From positions 1,575 to 65,574 of the forward strand of contig JAZNYX010000017.1 in NCBI GenBank assembly GCA_045594665.1: a stretch of 64,000 bases of DNA. Direction: 5' to 3'. Each line of letters opens with the position of its first letter. Position 1 is the stretch's first letter. A program made the position numbers and the translations under genes. The DNA comes from Clostridia bacterium (lineage in GTDB: Bacteria; Bacillota; Clostridia; UMGS1883). Shown here in pieces: positions 27,675-36,905 of the stretch. Under the pieces are notes generated by a model. The model saw only the letters and a program-made list of their open reading frames with translations. It made no database searches and had not been told where the DNA came from.

Positions 27675-28043
27675 ATGGACTTTAAAAGAAACGACCTTAT
27701 TCTTGAAGGACTTGCTTACACCGTAATGGGAATTCTGATAGTGTTTATGATTCTTGTAATCATAATGGCAGTTATAAAAGCAATGGCACTTATAAGCGGT
27801 GAGAAAAAGCCGAAGAGTAAGCAGAATTCTCTTGCAGATACAACCGTAAAGGAAGAAGTGCAGGCTGATGAAGCTCCCGAGACAATGCAGGACGATGGCG
27901 AGCTTGTTGCGGTAATCACCGCGGCTATAGTCGCTATGATGGGACAGGGCTCATCGGGTCTTGTTGTTCGTTCCTATAAGAAAATAGCAGGCGATGCATG
28001 GAATAAGGCAGGCCGTATGGATGTTCTTGATAACAGATTATAA
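27675..28043 (+). CDS. oadG: Na+-translocating decarboxylase gamma/delta subunit (OadG/MmdD family)
   Basis: N-terminal TM, acidic linker, DDGELVAVITAAIVA, WNKAGR. Confidence 0.85.
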   Translation: MDFKRNDLILEGLAYTVMGILIVFMILVIIMAVIKAMALISGEKKPKSKQNSLADTTVKEEVQADEAPETMQDDGELVAVITAAIVAMMGQGSSGLVVRSYKKIAGDAWNKAGRMDVLDNRL

Positions 28044-28063
28044 GCCTTTCAAGGATAACAAAT

Positions 28064-28117
28064 AAAATTTAACAAATTTAAGGCATATTGGGTTTGACTA
28101 CCTTATGCCAAAGGAGG
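28064..28117 (+). repeat. Operon motif copy C (leader of the biotin carrier gene)
   Basis: aaaatttaacaaatttaaggcatattgggtttgactaccttatgccaaaggagg; 29/34 identical to the copy B core. Confidence 0.85.
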
Positions 28118-28126
28118 AAATTAATC

Positions 28127-28492
28127 ATGAGAAAATTTATTGTAAACGTAAACGGTAATTCATATGAAGTAGAAGTAGAAGAAGTAGGCGGTGCAGCAGT
28201 ATCAGCTCCCGCAGCAGCCCCTGCAGCGGCGACACCCACAGCAGCACCTAAGGCAGCTCCCAAGGCAGCAGCACCTGCAGGTGGTACACCTGTAAAGGCT
28301 CCCATGCCCGGCAACCTTCTTGATATTAAGGTTTCAAACGGTCAGGCAGTTAAAAAGGGCGATGTTCTTGTAATTCTTGAAGCTATGAAAATGGAAAATG
28401 AAATCTCAGCTCCCCAGGACGGCACGGTAACAGTTGTTGCCTCCAAGGGTGCAACCGTTAACACAGGCGACGTTTTAGTTACTCTTTCTTAA
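28127..28492 (+). CDS. Biotin carboxyl carrier subunit (MmdC-like)
   Basis: Ala/Pro linker and LEAMKMENEI biotinylation motif. Confidence 0.93.
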   Translation: MRKFIVNVNGNSYEVEVEEVGGAAVSAPAAAPAAATPTAAPKAAPKAAAPAGGTPVKAPMPGNLLDIKVSNGQAVKKGDVLVILEAMKMENEISAPQDGTVTVVASKGATVNTGDVLVTLS

Positions 28493-28527
28493 TTGAAAAC
28501 ACAAACTAAGAAATGGAGTGATTAAAG

Positions 28528-29763
28528 TTGTTGGATAAATTGATAACCGGTTTTACTCAGTTTTTCGGTAATACCGGTATAGCAGAATTGTTTAATATGG
28601 CGGATTTCGGAGGAATTAAGGCTGTTTGTATGCTTGCAATTGCTTGCTTCCTTCTTTATCTTGCAATTGTTAAAAAGTTTGAACCGCTTCTGCTTCTTCC
28701 CATTGCATTCGGTATGCTTCTTGCAAATTTGCCGCTGGGAAACGTTATGCATCCGGAGCTTTTCTTAGGTAATGAAATTGACTACGGAAAAGTTCTGCAT
28801 GACGGAGGACTGCTGGATTTATTGTACTTAGGTGTTAAGCTGGGTATTTATCCTCCGCTTATTTTCCTGGGTATCGGATGTATGACGGACTTCGCGCCTC
28901 TTATTTCCAATCCAAAGAGTATTCTCCTCGGTGCAGCGGCGCAGGTGGGCGTGTTTATAACCTTCCTTGGTGCAATTCTCCTTGGTGCATTCCAAATCGG
29001 CGGCTTCGGTGCTGACGGCAGTATGATCACCATTCTGAAGGAAGCGGCGTCAATTGGTATTATCGGTGGTGCAGACGGTCCCACGGCAATTTATGTTACA
29101 AAGACCCTTGCCCCCGGACTTCTCAGCGCAATTGCCGTTGCGGCATATTCCTATATGGCGCTTGTTCCGGTAATTCAGCCTCCTATTATGCGAGCGCTTA
29201 CAACCAAAAAGGAACGTATGATTGTTATGGAAAATCTTCGCCCGGTAACCCAGCGTGAAAAGATTATTTTCCCCATTGTAGTTACACTGGTTGTTGTGCT
29301 GCTGGTTCCCGATGCAGCTCCCCTCGTCGGTATGCTGATGCTTGGTAACCTTATGAAGGAAAGCGGTGTTGTTGACCGTATCTGTAAGGCGGCGCAGAAT
29401 GAGCTTATGAATATTATCACGATATTCCTGGGCATAACCGTAGGTGCTACTGCTACAGCAAGTACCTTCCTTACAGCTAAAACAATACTTATTATATGCT
29501 TGGGCCTTTGTGCATTTGCGGTAAGTACTGCGGCAGGCGTGCTTTTCGGAAAGCTTATGTGCAAGCTTTCCGGCGGAAAGATTAATCCCCTTATCGGAAG
29601 TGCCGGCGTTAGTGCAGTTCCAATGGCGGCGCGTGTATCACAGAAGGTAGGACAGGAAGAAAATCCTGCAAACTTCCTGCTTATGCACGCTATGGGACCC
29701 AACGTTGCAGGTGTGATAGGTAGTGCAGTTGCAGCAGGTGTGTTCTTAGCCCTCTTTAAATAA
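28528..29763 (+). CDS. oadB: Na+-transporting carboxybiotin decarboxylase beta subunit
   Basis: [51 protein letters not shown] start. Confidence 0.95.
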   Translation: MLDKLITGFTQFFGNTGIAELFNMADFGGIKAVCMLAIACFLLYLAIVKKFEPLLLLPIAFGMLLANLPLGNVMHPELFLGNEIDYGKVLHDGGLLDLLYLGVKLGIYPPLIFLGIGCMTDFAPLISNPKSILLGAAAQVGVFITFLGAILLGAFQIGGFGADGSMITILKEAASIGIIGGADGPTAIYVTKTLAPGLLSAIAVAAYSYMALVPVIQPPIMRALTTKKERMIVMENLRPVTQREKIIFPIVVTLVVVLLVPDAAPLVGMLMLGNLMKESGVVDRICKAAQNELMNIITIFLGITVGATATASTFLTAKTILIICLGLCAFAVSTAAGVLFGKLMCKLSGGKINPLIGSAGVSAVPMAARVSQKVGQEENPANFLLMHAMGPNVAGVIGSAVAAGVFLALFK

Positions 29764-29782
29764 TTAAGAAAGGATAATTATC

Positions 29783-31189
29783 ATGGAAAATAAAAGACCG
29801 GTAAAAATTACCGAAACAATTCTTCGTGACGCACATCAGTCTCTTATTGCCACCCGTATGACAACAGATGAAATGCTGGGTGCGGTAGAGCTTCTTGATA
29901 AGGTTGGCTTCAATGCATTAGAAGCATGGGGCGGTGCAACCTTTGACAGTTGTCTTCGTTTCCTCAAGGAAGACCCCTGGGAAAGACTCAGAAAGATTAA
30001 AGACAAAGCAAAGAATACTCCCATTCAGATGCTTTTCCGCGGACAGAATATCCTCGGATACCGTCATTATGGTGATGATGTAGTAGAGTATTTTGTACAG
30101 AAGTCAATTGCAAACGGCGTTGACATTATCAGAATTTTCGATGCTCTTAACGATGTTCGTAATCTTCGTACAGCCATTGAGGCTACCATTAAGGAAAAAG
30201 GTCATGTTCAGGCGGCTATCTCCTACACAATCAGCCCCGTTCACACCAATGAAAACTTCATAAAGCTTGCCAAAGACCTTGAAAACATGGGTGCAAGCTC
30301 TATCTGTATCAAGGATATGGCAGGTCTTCTCACTCCTTATAATGCATATGACCTTGTTAAAGGCATGAAAGAAGCTGTTAAGATTCCCATTGAGCTTCAC
30401 ACTCACTACACAAGCGGTATTGCTTCAATGACATATCTCAAGGCTATCGAAGCAGGCGTTGATATTGTTGACTGTGCTATGAGCCCTCTTGCAATGGGAA
30501 CAAGCCAGCCTGCAACCGAGCCTATGGTTGCAACACTTCAGGGAACACAGTTCGATACAGGTCTTGACCTTAATCTTCTCAGTGAGATTGCAGATTATTT
30601 CAGACCTATCCGTGAAAGATATATCGAAAGCGGCACTCTTAATCCCAAGGCTCTCGCCGTTGACGTAAATACTCTTAAGTATCAGGTTCCCGGCGGTATG
30701 CTTTCAAACCTCCTTTCACAGCTAAAACAGCTTGGTGCAGAGGATAAGTTCCAGGAGGTATTAAAAGAAATCCCTCGTGTTCGTGAGGACGCAGGTTTCC
30801 CTCCTCTTGTAACTCCCACCAGCCAGATTGTTGGCTCACAGGCAGTATTTAACGTGGTTTTGGGCGAAAGATACAAGAACGTAACCAAGGAATTCCGCGG
30901 ACTTGTAAAAGGTGAGTACGGCAGAACTCCCGTGGAAATCAGCGACGAATTTGCAAAGAAAATCCTCGGTGACGAAAAGCGTATCACAGGCAGACCTGCC
31001 GACGAAATTCCTGCCGAGCTTGATAAGTTCAGAAGTGAAATCAGCGAATTTATTGAACAGGACGAGGACGTATTAAGCTACGCACTCTTCGGACCTGTTG
31101 CTACAAAGTTCTTTGAATTCCGCCAGGGTCAGAAATATAAAATCGACCCCACATTAGGCGATAAAGAAACTAAGGTTCATCCTATGTAA
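29783..31189 (+). CDS. oadA: Oxaloacetate decarboxylase alpha-type carboxyltransferase lacking the biotin domain
   Basis: ILRDAHQSLIATR, WGGATFD, IKDMAG, HTHYTSG, QVPGGM, PPLVTPTSQIVG; 468 aa with no MKM domain. Confidence 0.9.
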   Translation: MENKRPVKITETILRDAHQSLIATRMTTDEMLGAVELLDKVGFNALEAWGGATFDSCLRFLKEDPWERLRKIKDKAKNTPIQMLFRGQNILGYRHYGDDVVEYFVQKSIANGVDIIRIFDALNDVRNLRTAIEATIKEKGHVQAAISYTISPVHTNENFIKLAKDLENMGASSICIKDMAGLLTPYNAYDLVKGMKEAVKIPIELHTHYTSGIASMTYLKAIEAGVDIVDCAMSPLAMGTSQPATEPMVATLQGTQFDTGLDLNLLSEIADYFRPIRERYIESGTLNPKALAVDVNTLKYQVPGGMLSNLLSQLKQLGAEDKFQEVLKEIPRVREDAGFPPLVTPTSQIVGSQAVFNVVLGERYKNVTKEFRGLVKGEYGRTPVEISDEFAKKILGDEKRITGRPADEIPAELDKFRSEISEFIEQDEDVLSYALFGPVATKFFEFRQGQKYKIDPTLGDKETKVHPM

Positions 31190-31227
31190 TAAGAAAATCA
31201 GCACCATCGGTGCTGATTTTCTTATTA
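31187..31227 (+). terminator. Intrinsic terminator of the decarboxylase operon
   Basis: taataagaaaatcagcacc-atc-ggtgctgattttcttatta. Confidence 0.85.
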
Positions 31228-31338
31228 CATCGATATAAATTCCTGCGGAATTTATATCATATCGCATCTTCGCAAAAGCGAAGACATATCGCATTTGCCG
31301 TCAGGCAAATATATCGCGTTGGCGTAGCCAACATATCG
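31227..31338. repeat. Array of four different hairpins separated by ATATCG
   Basis: ATATCG at 31259, 31286, 31311 and 31333 (ACATCG at 31227), each separated by a distinct stem-loop. Confidence 0.85.
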
Positions 31339-31546
31339 TAATGACCCCATAGCTCGACCTCAAATCTGCCTTTTTTAGCTTTTTTTGTCGAATAAAAAAT
31401 AACCAATCCGAAGTATAAGACCGTAAAAGTAGAAGAAAATGAATAACTTATCCCGCAGGAGAACTTATTCCGATTGAATAAAAGATAAAATAATTAAAAT
31501 AATCAAAGAACAAAACTATTTTACACCTTTTTGATACAAAAATCGG

Positions 31547-31575
31547 TTGACACTTGTGTGAAATTAATGTAGAAT
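31547..31575 (+). promoter_or_regulatory. Sigma-A promoter of the GH88 gene
   Basis: TTGACA-17 nt-TAGAAT. Confidence 0.7.
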
Positions 31576-31613
31576 AAACGTATATTGTTTTAATAAGGAA
31601 AGGATTACTTGTA

Positions 31614-32762
31614 ATGAAAGAATTTCTCACTCAGCAGCAGCTCCAATGGATTGATGAAACATGGGAGAATCTTGATAAAAAGCTTTCCGTGGTAACACGG
31701 CGTTCAAATAGCAAATTTCCCTTTTGGTCAAAGGATCATATGCATGATGATACCAACGCAGACGGCGGCATAAATTGCTGGACAAACGGCTTCTGGCCCG
31801 GTATTAACTGGCTTATGTATGTTGGCACCAAAAATGAGGACTACCGCAAAACCGCAGAAAACTGTGAAAAGCTTCTCGATGCGGCGTTTAAAAATTTTGA
31901 CCGTATCAGCCATGACACCGGATTCATCTGGAGATTGGCGTCCGGTCCCAACTATGCGCTTACGGGCAATGATGAGTCCCGTGTCCGCCAGAGCTTTGCG
32001 GCAAGCTATCTTATGAGCAGATTTAATCCCGTTGGCGGATTTATTCGTGCGTGGAACAAGCATGGCTTTCATCCCGATTGCAGCGGTGTTACCATTATTG
32101 ATACCATGCTTAATCTTCCTATACTTTACTGGGCATCTGATGAGTATAAGGATCCCCGCTTCAAGCAGGCTGCAATGATGCATGCAGATCACACACTGGC
32201 AAACCACCTGCGTCCCGACGGTAGTATCCGCCACCTTGTAATCCGTGACAGTGAAACGGGTGAGGTAACAGGTGAGCTTGGCGGACAGGGCTATGATATA
32301 GGCTCCTGCTGGTCACGCGGTCAGGCGTGGGCTGTTTACGGATTTGTTATCAGCTACATACATACGGGCAAGGAGGAATATCTTGACGCGGCAAAGCGTG
32401 CGGCACATTATTTCATTTCGGCTGTATGCGATACATGGGTTCCCATGCTTGATTTCCGCTCACCCGAAGAACCTGTAATCTATGATACAAGTGCAGGCTG
32501 TGCAACTGCCTGCGGTCTTATAGAAATAGCAAAGCTTGTTCCCGAATATGAGAAAAAGCTTTATATAAAAGCGGCTATGAACCTGCTTATGACAATTGAG
32601 AAGAACTATGCCGACTGGTCAACAGATACCGATTTCATTATCGATATGGCAAGCGGTTCTTACAAAGGCAAAGAGCATCACAATGAAAATATTATTTATA
32701 CAGACTATTATTTTGCAGAAGCAGTTTATAAACTGAAGGGCTTTGAGCCTTTGTTCTGGTAA
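31614..32762 (+). CDS. GH88 unsaturated glucuronyl hydrolase
   Basis: WTNGFWPG, HDTGF, IIDTMLNL, WSRGQAWAVYGF, YTDYYFAEA. Confidence 0.88.
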   Translation: MKEFLTQQQLQWIDETWENLDKKLSVVTRRSNSKFPFWSKDHMHDDTNADGGINCWTNGFWPGINWLMYVGTKNEDYRKTAENCEKLLDAAFKNFDRISHDTGFIWRLASGPNYALTGNDESRVRQSFAASYLMSRFNPVGGFIRAWNKHGFHPDCSGVTIIDTMLNLPILYWASDEYKDPRFKQAAMMHADHTLANHLRPDGSIRHLVIRDSETGEVTGELGGQGYDIGSCWSRGQAWAVYGFVISYIHTGKEEYLDAAKRAAHYFISAVCDTWVPMLDFRSPEEPVIYDTSAGCATACGLIEIAKLVPEYEKKLYIKAAMNLLMTIEKNYADWSTDTDFIIDMASGSYKGKEHHNENIIYTDYYFAEAVYKLKGFEPLFW

Positions 32763-32780
32763 TAAAAACAATGTATTTTT

Positions 32781-32818
32781 GCAATAAATGGCTTTCAAAA
32801 CGCCATTTATTGCTTTTT
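32781..32818 (+). terminator. Intrinsic terminator after GH88
   Basis: 12-bp stem gcaataaatggc/gccatttattgc followed by a T-tract. Confidence 0.8.
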
Positions 32819-32897
32819 CTTTTGTTTACAGAAATTCCACTTGTAAATTCTGCCTGTATATGGTAAAATATTATAAAAGAACATACGAGGTGATACA

Positions 32898-33962
32898 ATG
32901 GAAGTAATCAACAGGCGTAGCGGTTTGCCGAGATTTCGCAAGGCGATTGAATCAGGACGTCTCAGGCTGGGTTTTATTGGTGGCTCTATTACCGAGTTTG
33001 CCGAATACCGCGGGTGGACTGAATCCTTTGTGGGTGGACTTATGCAGCTTATTCCCGACGTTGCAATTTCAGTAAGAAATGCAGGCGTCGGAGGCACAGG
33101 CTCGCATTATGGCGCATTCAGAGTCCAGCGTGATATTATAAGCAAAAACTGTGACTTGGTCTTTGTTGAATTTGCAGTAAATGACCGAGGTATGGAAAAA
33201 GAATTTCGTATGAGATGCAGAGAAGGTCTTATCCGCAAACTTATCAAGGCGGACTGCGATGTTGTCATCGTATATACATATTGCAAAGAAATGTACGAGC
33301 CGATGATGAACGGCGAAGTTCCCGATACAATTGCCGAATTTGAAACTATTGCCGAGCATTACGGACTGAGCAGTGTATGGATGGGTAAATATGCCTTTGA
33401 TGAGTACAGAGCAGGGCTTATGCGTTTAGAAGAATGGCTCCCCGACGGGCTTCATCCGCAGGATAGGGGTAGCTTCTCCTACGGTCAGAGTGTACTTAAA
33501 TTTATAGAGCCCGAAATAAAATCAGATGCACCCCGTGCACCTTTCCCTGAGGCTTTGAAAGCAGACAACTGGGAAAATTGCGAGATGATTCCCTTTGATG
33601 AAATTAAATGGTGTAAGCCTTGGCGACTTCGTGATAATTCCCGTTTTCATATCCGAAATGAATATCTGGACACCTCCGCGGCAGGTGCTCACCTTGAAGC
33701 TGAGTTTGAGGGAACGGGTATTTCCATCGTGCTTATGAAAGGCGTTATGGCAGCGTGTTTTAAATATCGTATTGACGGTGGAGAATGGATAGACGAGCCG
33801 GGAGGCAGTGCCGTTGAAATGTGGCAGGGAAATAATGACTGGTTCAAGTTTATGACACTTTCTGAGGGACTTGCTTTCAGTAAACATACATTGGAGATTG
33901 AAGTCAGTGCCAATCCCAAGGGCAGCCGTTGCTGTATTGAAATGATAGGCGTTTTAAAATAG
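32898..33962 (+). CDS. SGNH/GDSL hydrolase with C-terminal beta-sandwich domain
   Basis: FIGGSIT, NAGVGGT, EFAVND, DGLHP blocks. Confidence 0.85.
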   Translation: MEVINRRSGLPRFRKAIESGRLRLGFIGGSITEFAEYRGWTESFVGGLMQLIPDVAISVRNAGVGGTGSHYGAFRVQRDIISKNCDLVFVEFAVNDRGMEKEFRMRCREGLIRKLIKADCDVVIVYTYCKEMYEPMMNGEVPDTIAEFETIAEHYGLSSVWMGKYAFDEYRAGLMRLEEWLPDGLHPQDRGSFSYGQSVLKFIEPEIKSDAPRAPFPEALKADNWENCEMIPFDEIKWCKPWRLRDNSRFHIRNEYLDTSAAGAHLEAEFEGTGISIVLMKGVMAACFKYRIDGGEWIDEPGGSAVEMWQGNNDWFKFMTLSEGLAFSKHTLEIEVSANPKGSRCCIEMIGVLK

Positions 33963-33984
33963 ATTGGAAAGGAAGATTGAGAAA

Positions 33985-35151
33985 ATGGACAAGACAATGT
34001 TTGATGCGGCTTTAAGTAAACTCAAAGCAGATTACAAGGCCATTGCAGAAAGAAAGAACGAGGTGGATACCACGTGGTACAACGGGGTGTATGACAGATA
34101 TAAGTACCCCGTACTTACCAATGCAAATATTCCCCTTACATGGCGCTTTGATATGAATTACGAGCGTAATCCCTATCTTCTCGAAAGAATAGGTGCAAAT
34201 GCGGCTTTTAATTCCGGTGCTATTTTCCATGAAGGCAAGTATGTGCTTGTTGTACGAGTTGAGGGTAACGACCGTAAGAGCTATTTTGCAGTTGCAAGAA
34301 GCGAAAACGGTATTGATAACTTCGTCTTTGACAAATACCCCGTAAGACTTCCCAAGACTGATGAAGACGATACCAACGTATACGATATGCGTCTTACTAA
34401 GCATGAGGACGGCTGGATTTACGGCCTTTTCTGCTCCGAGAGAAAGGATAAAACAAATCCCGATACCTCCGCGGCAGTTGCAAAGTGCGGCATCGTTCGT
34501 ACAAAAGACCTTGTAAACTGGGAAAGACTTCCCGATCTTGATTCAAAGAATCAGCAGAGAAACGTTGTTCTTCATCCCGAATTTGTAGAGGGTAAGTATA
34601 TGCTCTATACACGTCCTTCAGACGGATTCATTGATGTTGGCGGCGGCGGCGGAATCGGCTGTGCCCTTATTGACGATATGACAAAGGCAACCTTGGGTGA
34701 AGAGCTTATCATTGATAAGAAAATTTATCACACAATTAAAGAAGTCAAGAACGGAGCAGGTGCTACCCCCATCAAAACAAAGTATGGCTGGCTTCACATT
34801 GTACATGGTGTAAGAAATACAGCGGCAGGTCTCAGATATGTAATCTACTGCTTTATGACTTCTCTTGAAGACCCCAGAAAAGTTATATATACCCCCGGCG
34901 GCCACCTTATTGCCCCTGTAGGTGAGGAAAGAATCGGCGACGTTTCCAATGTTGTTTTCACAAACGGTGCTATTGAAAAGGATGGCAACATATATATTTA
35001 TTATGCATCATCCGATACCAGACTTCACCTTGCAACCACAACTGTTGAAAAAATGGTGGATTACTGCAAGAATACTCCGCAGGACGGTTATACTACACAT
35101 ACAAGTGTTGAGGCAATCTGCCGTCTGGTTGATATGAATGATAAAAATTAA
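33985..35151 (+). CDS. GH130 4-O-beta-D-mannosyl-D-glucose phosphorylase-like protein
   Basis: [53 protein letters not shown]. Confidence 0.85.
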   Translation: MDKTMFDAALSKLKADYKAIAERKNEVDTTWYNGVYDRYKYPVLTNANIPLTWRFDMNYERNPYLLERIGANAAFNSGAIFHEGKYVLVVRVEGNDRKSYFAVARSENGIDNFVFDKYPVRLPKTDEDDTNVYDMRLTKHEDGWIYGLFCSERKDKTNPDTSAAVAKCGIVRTKDLVNWERLPDLDSKNQQRNVVLHPEFVEGKYMLYTRPSDGFIDVGGGGGIGCALIDDMTKATLGEELIIDKKIYHTIKEVKNGAGATPIKTKYGWLHIVHGVRNTAAGLRYVIYCFMTSLEDPRKVIYTPGGHLIAPVGEERIGDVSNVVFTNGAIEKDGNIYIYYASSDTRLHLATTTVEKMVDYCKNTPQDGYTTHTSVEAICRLVDMNDKN

Positions 35152-35169
35152 ATTTATAGAGGTGTATTT

Positions 35170-36816
35170 ATGAATTACAAAGAAGCATATGAAAAATGGC
35201 TTACATCGGACAAGGTTACTGAGGAAGTAAAGGCAGAACTTCGCTCTCTTTCGGAAAAGGAAATTGAGGACAGATTTTATAAAGAACTGGAATTCGGTAC
35301 AGGCGGTCTTCGCGGAATTATGGGTGCAGGAACAAATCGAATGAATATCTACACCGTGAGAAAGGCAACACAGGGACTTGCACTCGAAATTTTGGACAAG
35401 GGCGCTGAGCTTTCCGAGCAGGGCGTTGTTATTGCACACGATTCAAGAAACAACAGTGCTCTTTTTGCAAAGGAATGTGCAAAGGTGCTTTGTGCAAACG
35501 GAATCAAGACCTATCTTTTTGAATCACTTCGTCCCACTCCCGAGCTTTCCTTTGCAGTTCGTCATCTCGGATGTGCAAGAGGTATTGTTGTAACGGCAAG
35601 CCATAATCCCAAGGAGTATAACGGATATAAGGTTTACGGCGAGGACGGCGGTCAGCTTCCTCCGGAGGTTGCCGATATCATTATCGGATATATTAATAAG
35701 ACGGATATCTTTGAAGACATAAAAATCACCGATGCCCCCGACTACATTTCTATCGGAGAAGATGTTGACAAAGCATACATCGATGCTGTCAAGGAGCAGT
35801 CCCTCGGTGTTAAGATTCCCGAGGACTTCAAGGTTGTATACACTCCCATTCACGGTAGCGGTAATAAGCTTGTAAGGCGTGTTCTTGACGAAATCGGTGT
35901 AAAAAATGTATTTGTTGTTCCCGAACAGGCTGAGCCCAACGGCGATTTCCCCACTGTTAAAAGCCCCAATCCCGAAAATCCCGAAGCATTTACAATTGCT
36001 CTTGAATATGCAAAAGAGCAAAATGCAGACATCGTTTTCGGTACAGACCCCGACAGTGACAGAATCGGTGTTGTTGTAAGAAAGAATGACGGTAGCTTTG
36101 CAGTACTTAACGGTAATCAGACAGGTGCGCTTCTTTGCGAATTTATTTTAAGAACAAGAAAAAATGCAGGTACACTTCCCAAGGAAGGTGCGGTTATTAA
36201 AACAATTGTTACCACAGAAATGATTCGCGCTATTGCTGATAGCTTTGGCATGGAAACAATTGATGTTCTTACAGGTTTTAAGTTCATTGGTGAAAAGATT
36301 AAGGAATTTGAAGCCGAGGGTAAGTTTGATAAATATCTCTTCGGACTTGAAGAAAGCTACGGTTACCTTAAGGGAAGCTATGCACGTGACAAGGATGCAG
36401 TTGTTGCTTCTATGCTTGTTACCGAGCTTGCAGCAGATCTTAAGTCGCAGGGTAAAACTCTTTACGACGGACTTGTGGAGCTTTACGAAAAATACGGCTA
36501 TTTCCTTGAAACTCTTGAAACAAAAACCCTTACAGGTATTGAAGGTGTAGAAAAGATTAAGGCTATTATGAAGAAGTTCAGAGAAGAAGGCGTTCCCATG
36601 GAAACCGTTAAAACTCTTGACTACTCACAGGGTATAGACGGACTTCCCAAGAGCGATGTTCTTAAATACTTCCTCAGTGACGGAAGCTGGTTTGCAGTTC
36701 GTCCGTCGGGTACTGAACCGAAGATTAAATTCTATTTCGGTGTATGCGGAAAAACGCAGGAGGAAGCACAGGCAAAGTCAAAAGCACTTATGGACAATGT
36801 AACTGCACTGCTGTGA
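35170..36816 (+). CDS. Phosphoglucomutase/phosphomannomutase
   Basis: FGTGGLRG, TASHNP, DPDSDR, EESYG, RPSGTEPKIK. Confidence 0.93.
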   Translation: MNYKEAYEKWLTSDKVTEEVKAELRSLSEKEIEDRFYKELEFGTGGLRGIMGAGTNRMNIYTVRKATQGLALEILDKGAELSEQGVVIAHDSRNNSALFAKECAKVLCANGIKTYLFESLRPTPELSFAVRHLGCARGIVVTASHNPKEYNGYKVYGEDGGQLPPEVADIIIGYINKTDIFEDIKITDAPDYISIGEDVDKAYIDAVKEQSLGVKIPEDFKVVYTPIHGSGNKLVRRVLDEIGVKNVFVVPEQAEPNGDFPTVKSPNPENPEAFTIALEYAKEQNADIVFGTDPDSDRIGVVVRKNDGSFAVLNGNQTGALLCEFILRTRKNAGTLPKEGAVIKTIVTTEMIRAIADSFGMETIDVLTGFKFIGEKIKEFEAEGKFDKYLFGLEESYGYLKGSYARDKDAVVASMLVTELAADLKSQGKTLYDGLVELYEKYGYFLETLETKTLTGIEGVEKIKAIMKKFREEGVPMETVKTLDYSQGIDGLPKSDVLKYFLSDGSWFAVRPSGTEPKIKFYFGVCGKTQEEAQAKSKALMDNVTALL

Positions 36817-36828
36817 AACTGATTTAGA

Positions 36829-36862
36829 AAAAGGAAGAAATCCGCAGGGATTTCTTCCTTTT
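36829..36862 (+). terminator. Intrinsic terminator after the phosphomutase gene
   Basis: aaaaggaagaaatcc-gcag-ggatttcttcctttt. Confidence 0.85.
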
Positions 36863-36905
36863 ATACTAAAACTTATACGATAATAAATCTGAAAGGAAGA
36901 TTGAT

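Noticed and set aside
25790-28120. Calling the operon motif a Na+ riboswitch or BirA operator
   Set aside because: It does not fit the BirA TGT(A/T)AAC-N14/15-GTT(A/T)ACA pattern, and I cannot match it to the Na+-I consensus from memory. Left to a covariance-model search.
31227-31338. Possible CRISPR array
   Set aside because: The constant part is only 6-7 nt, the variable parts are self-complementary and 15-27 nt long, and there are no cas genes. Kept as a non-CRISPR finding.
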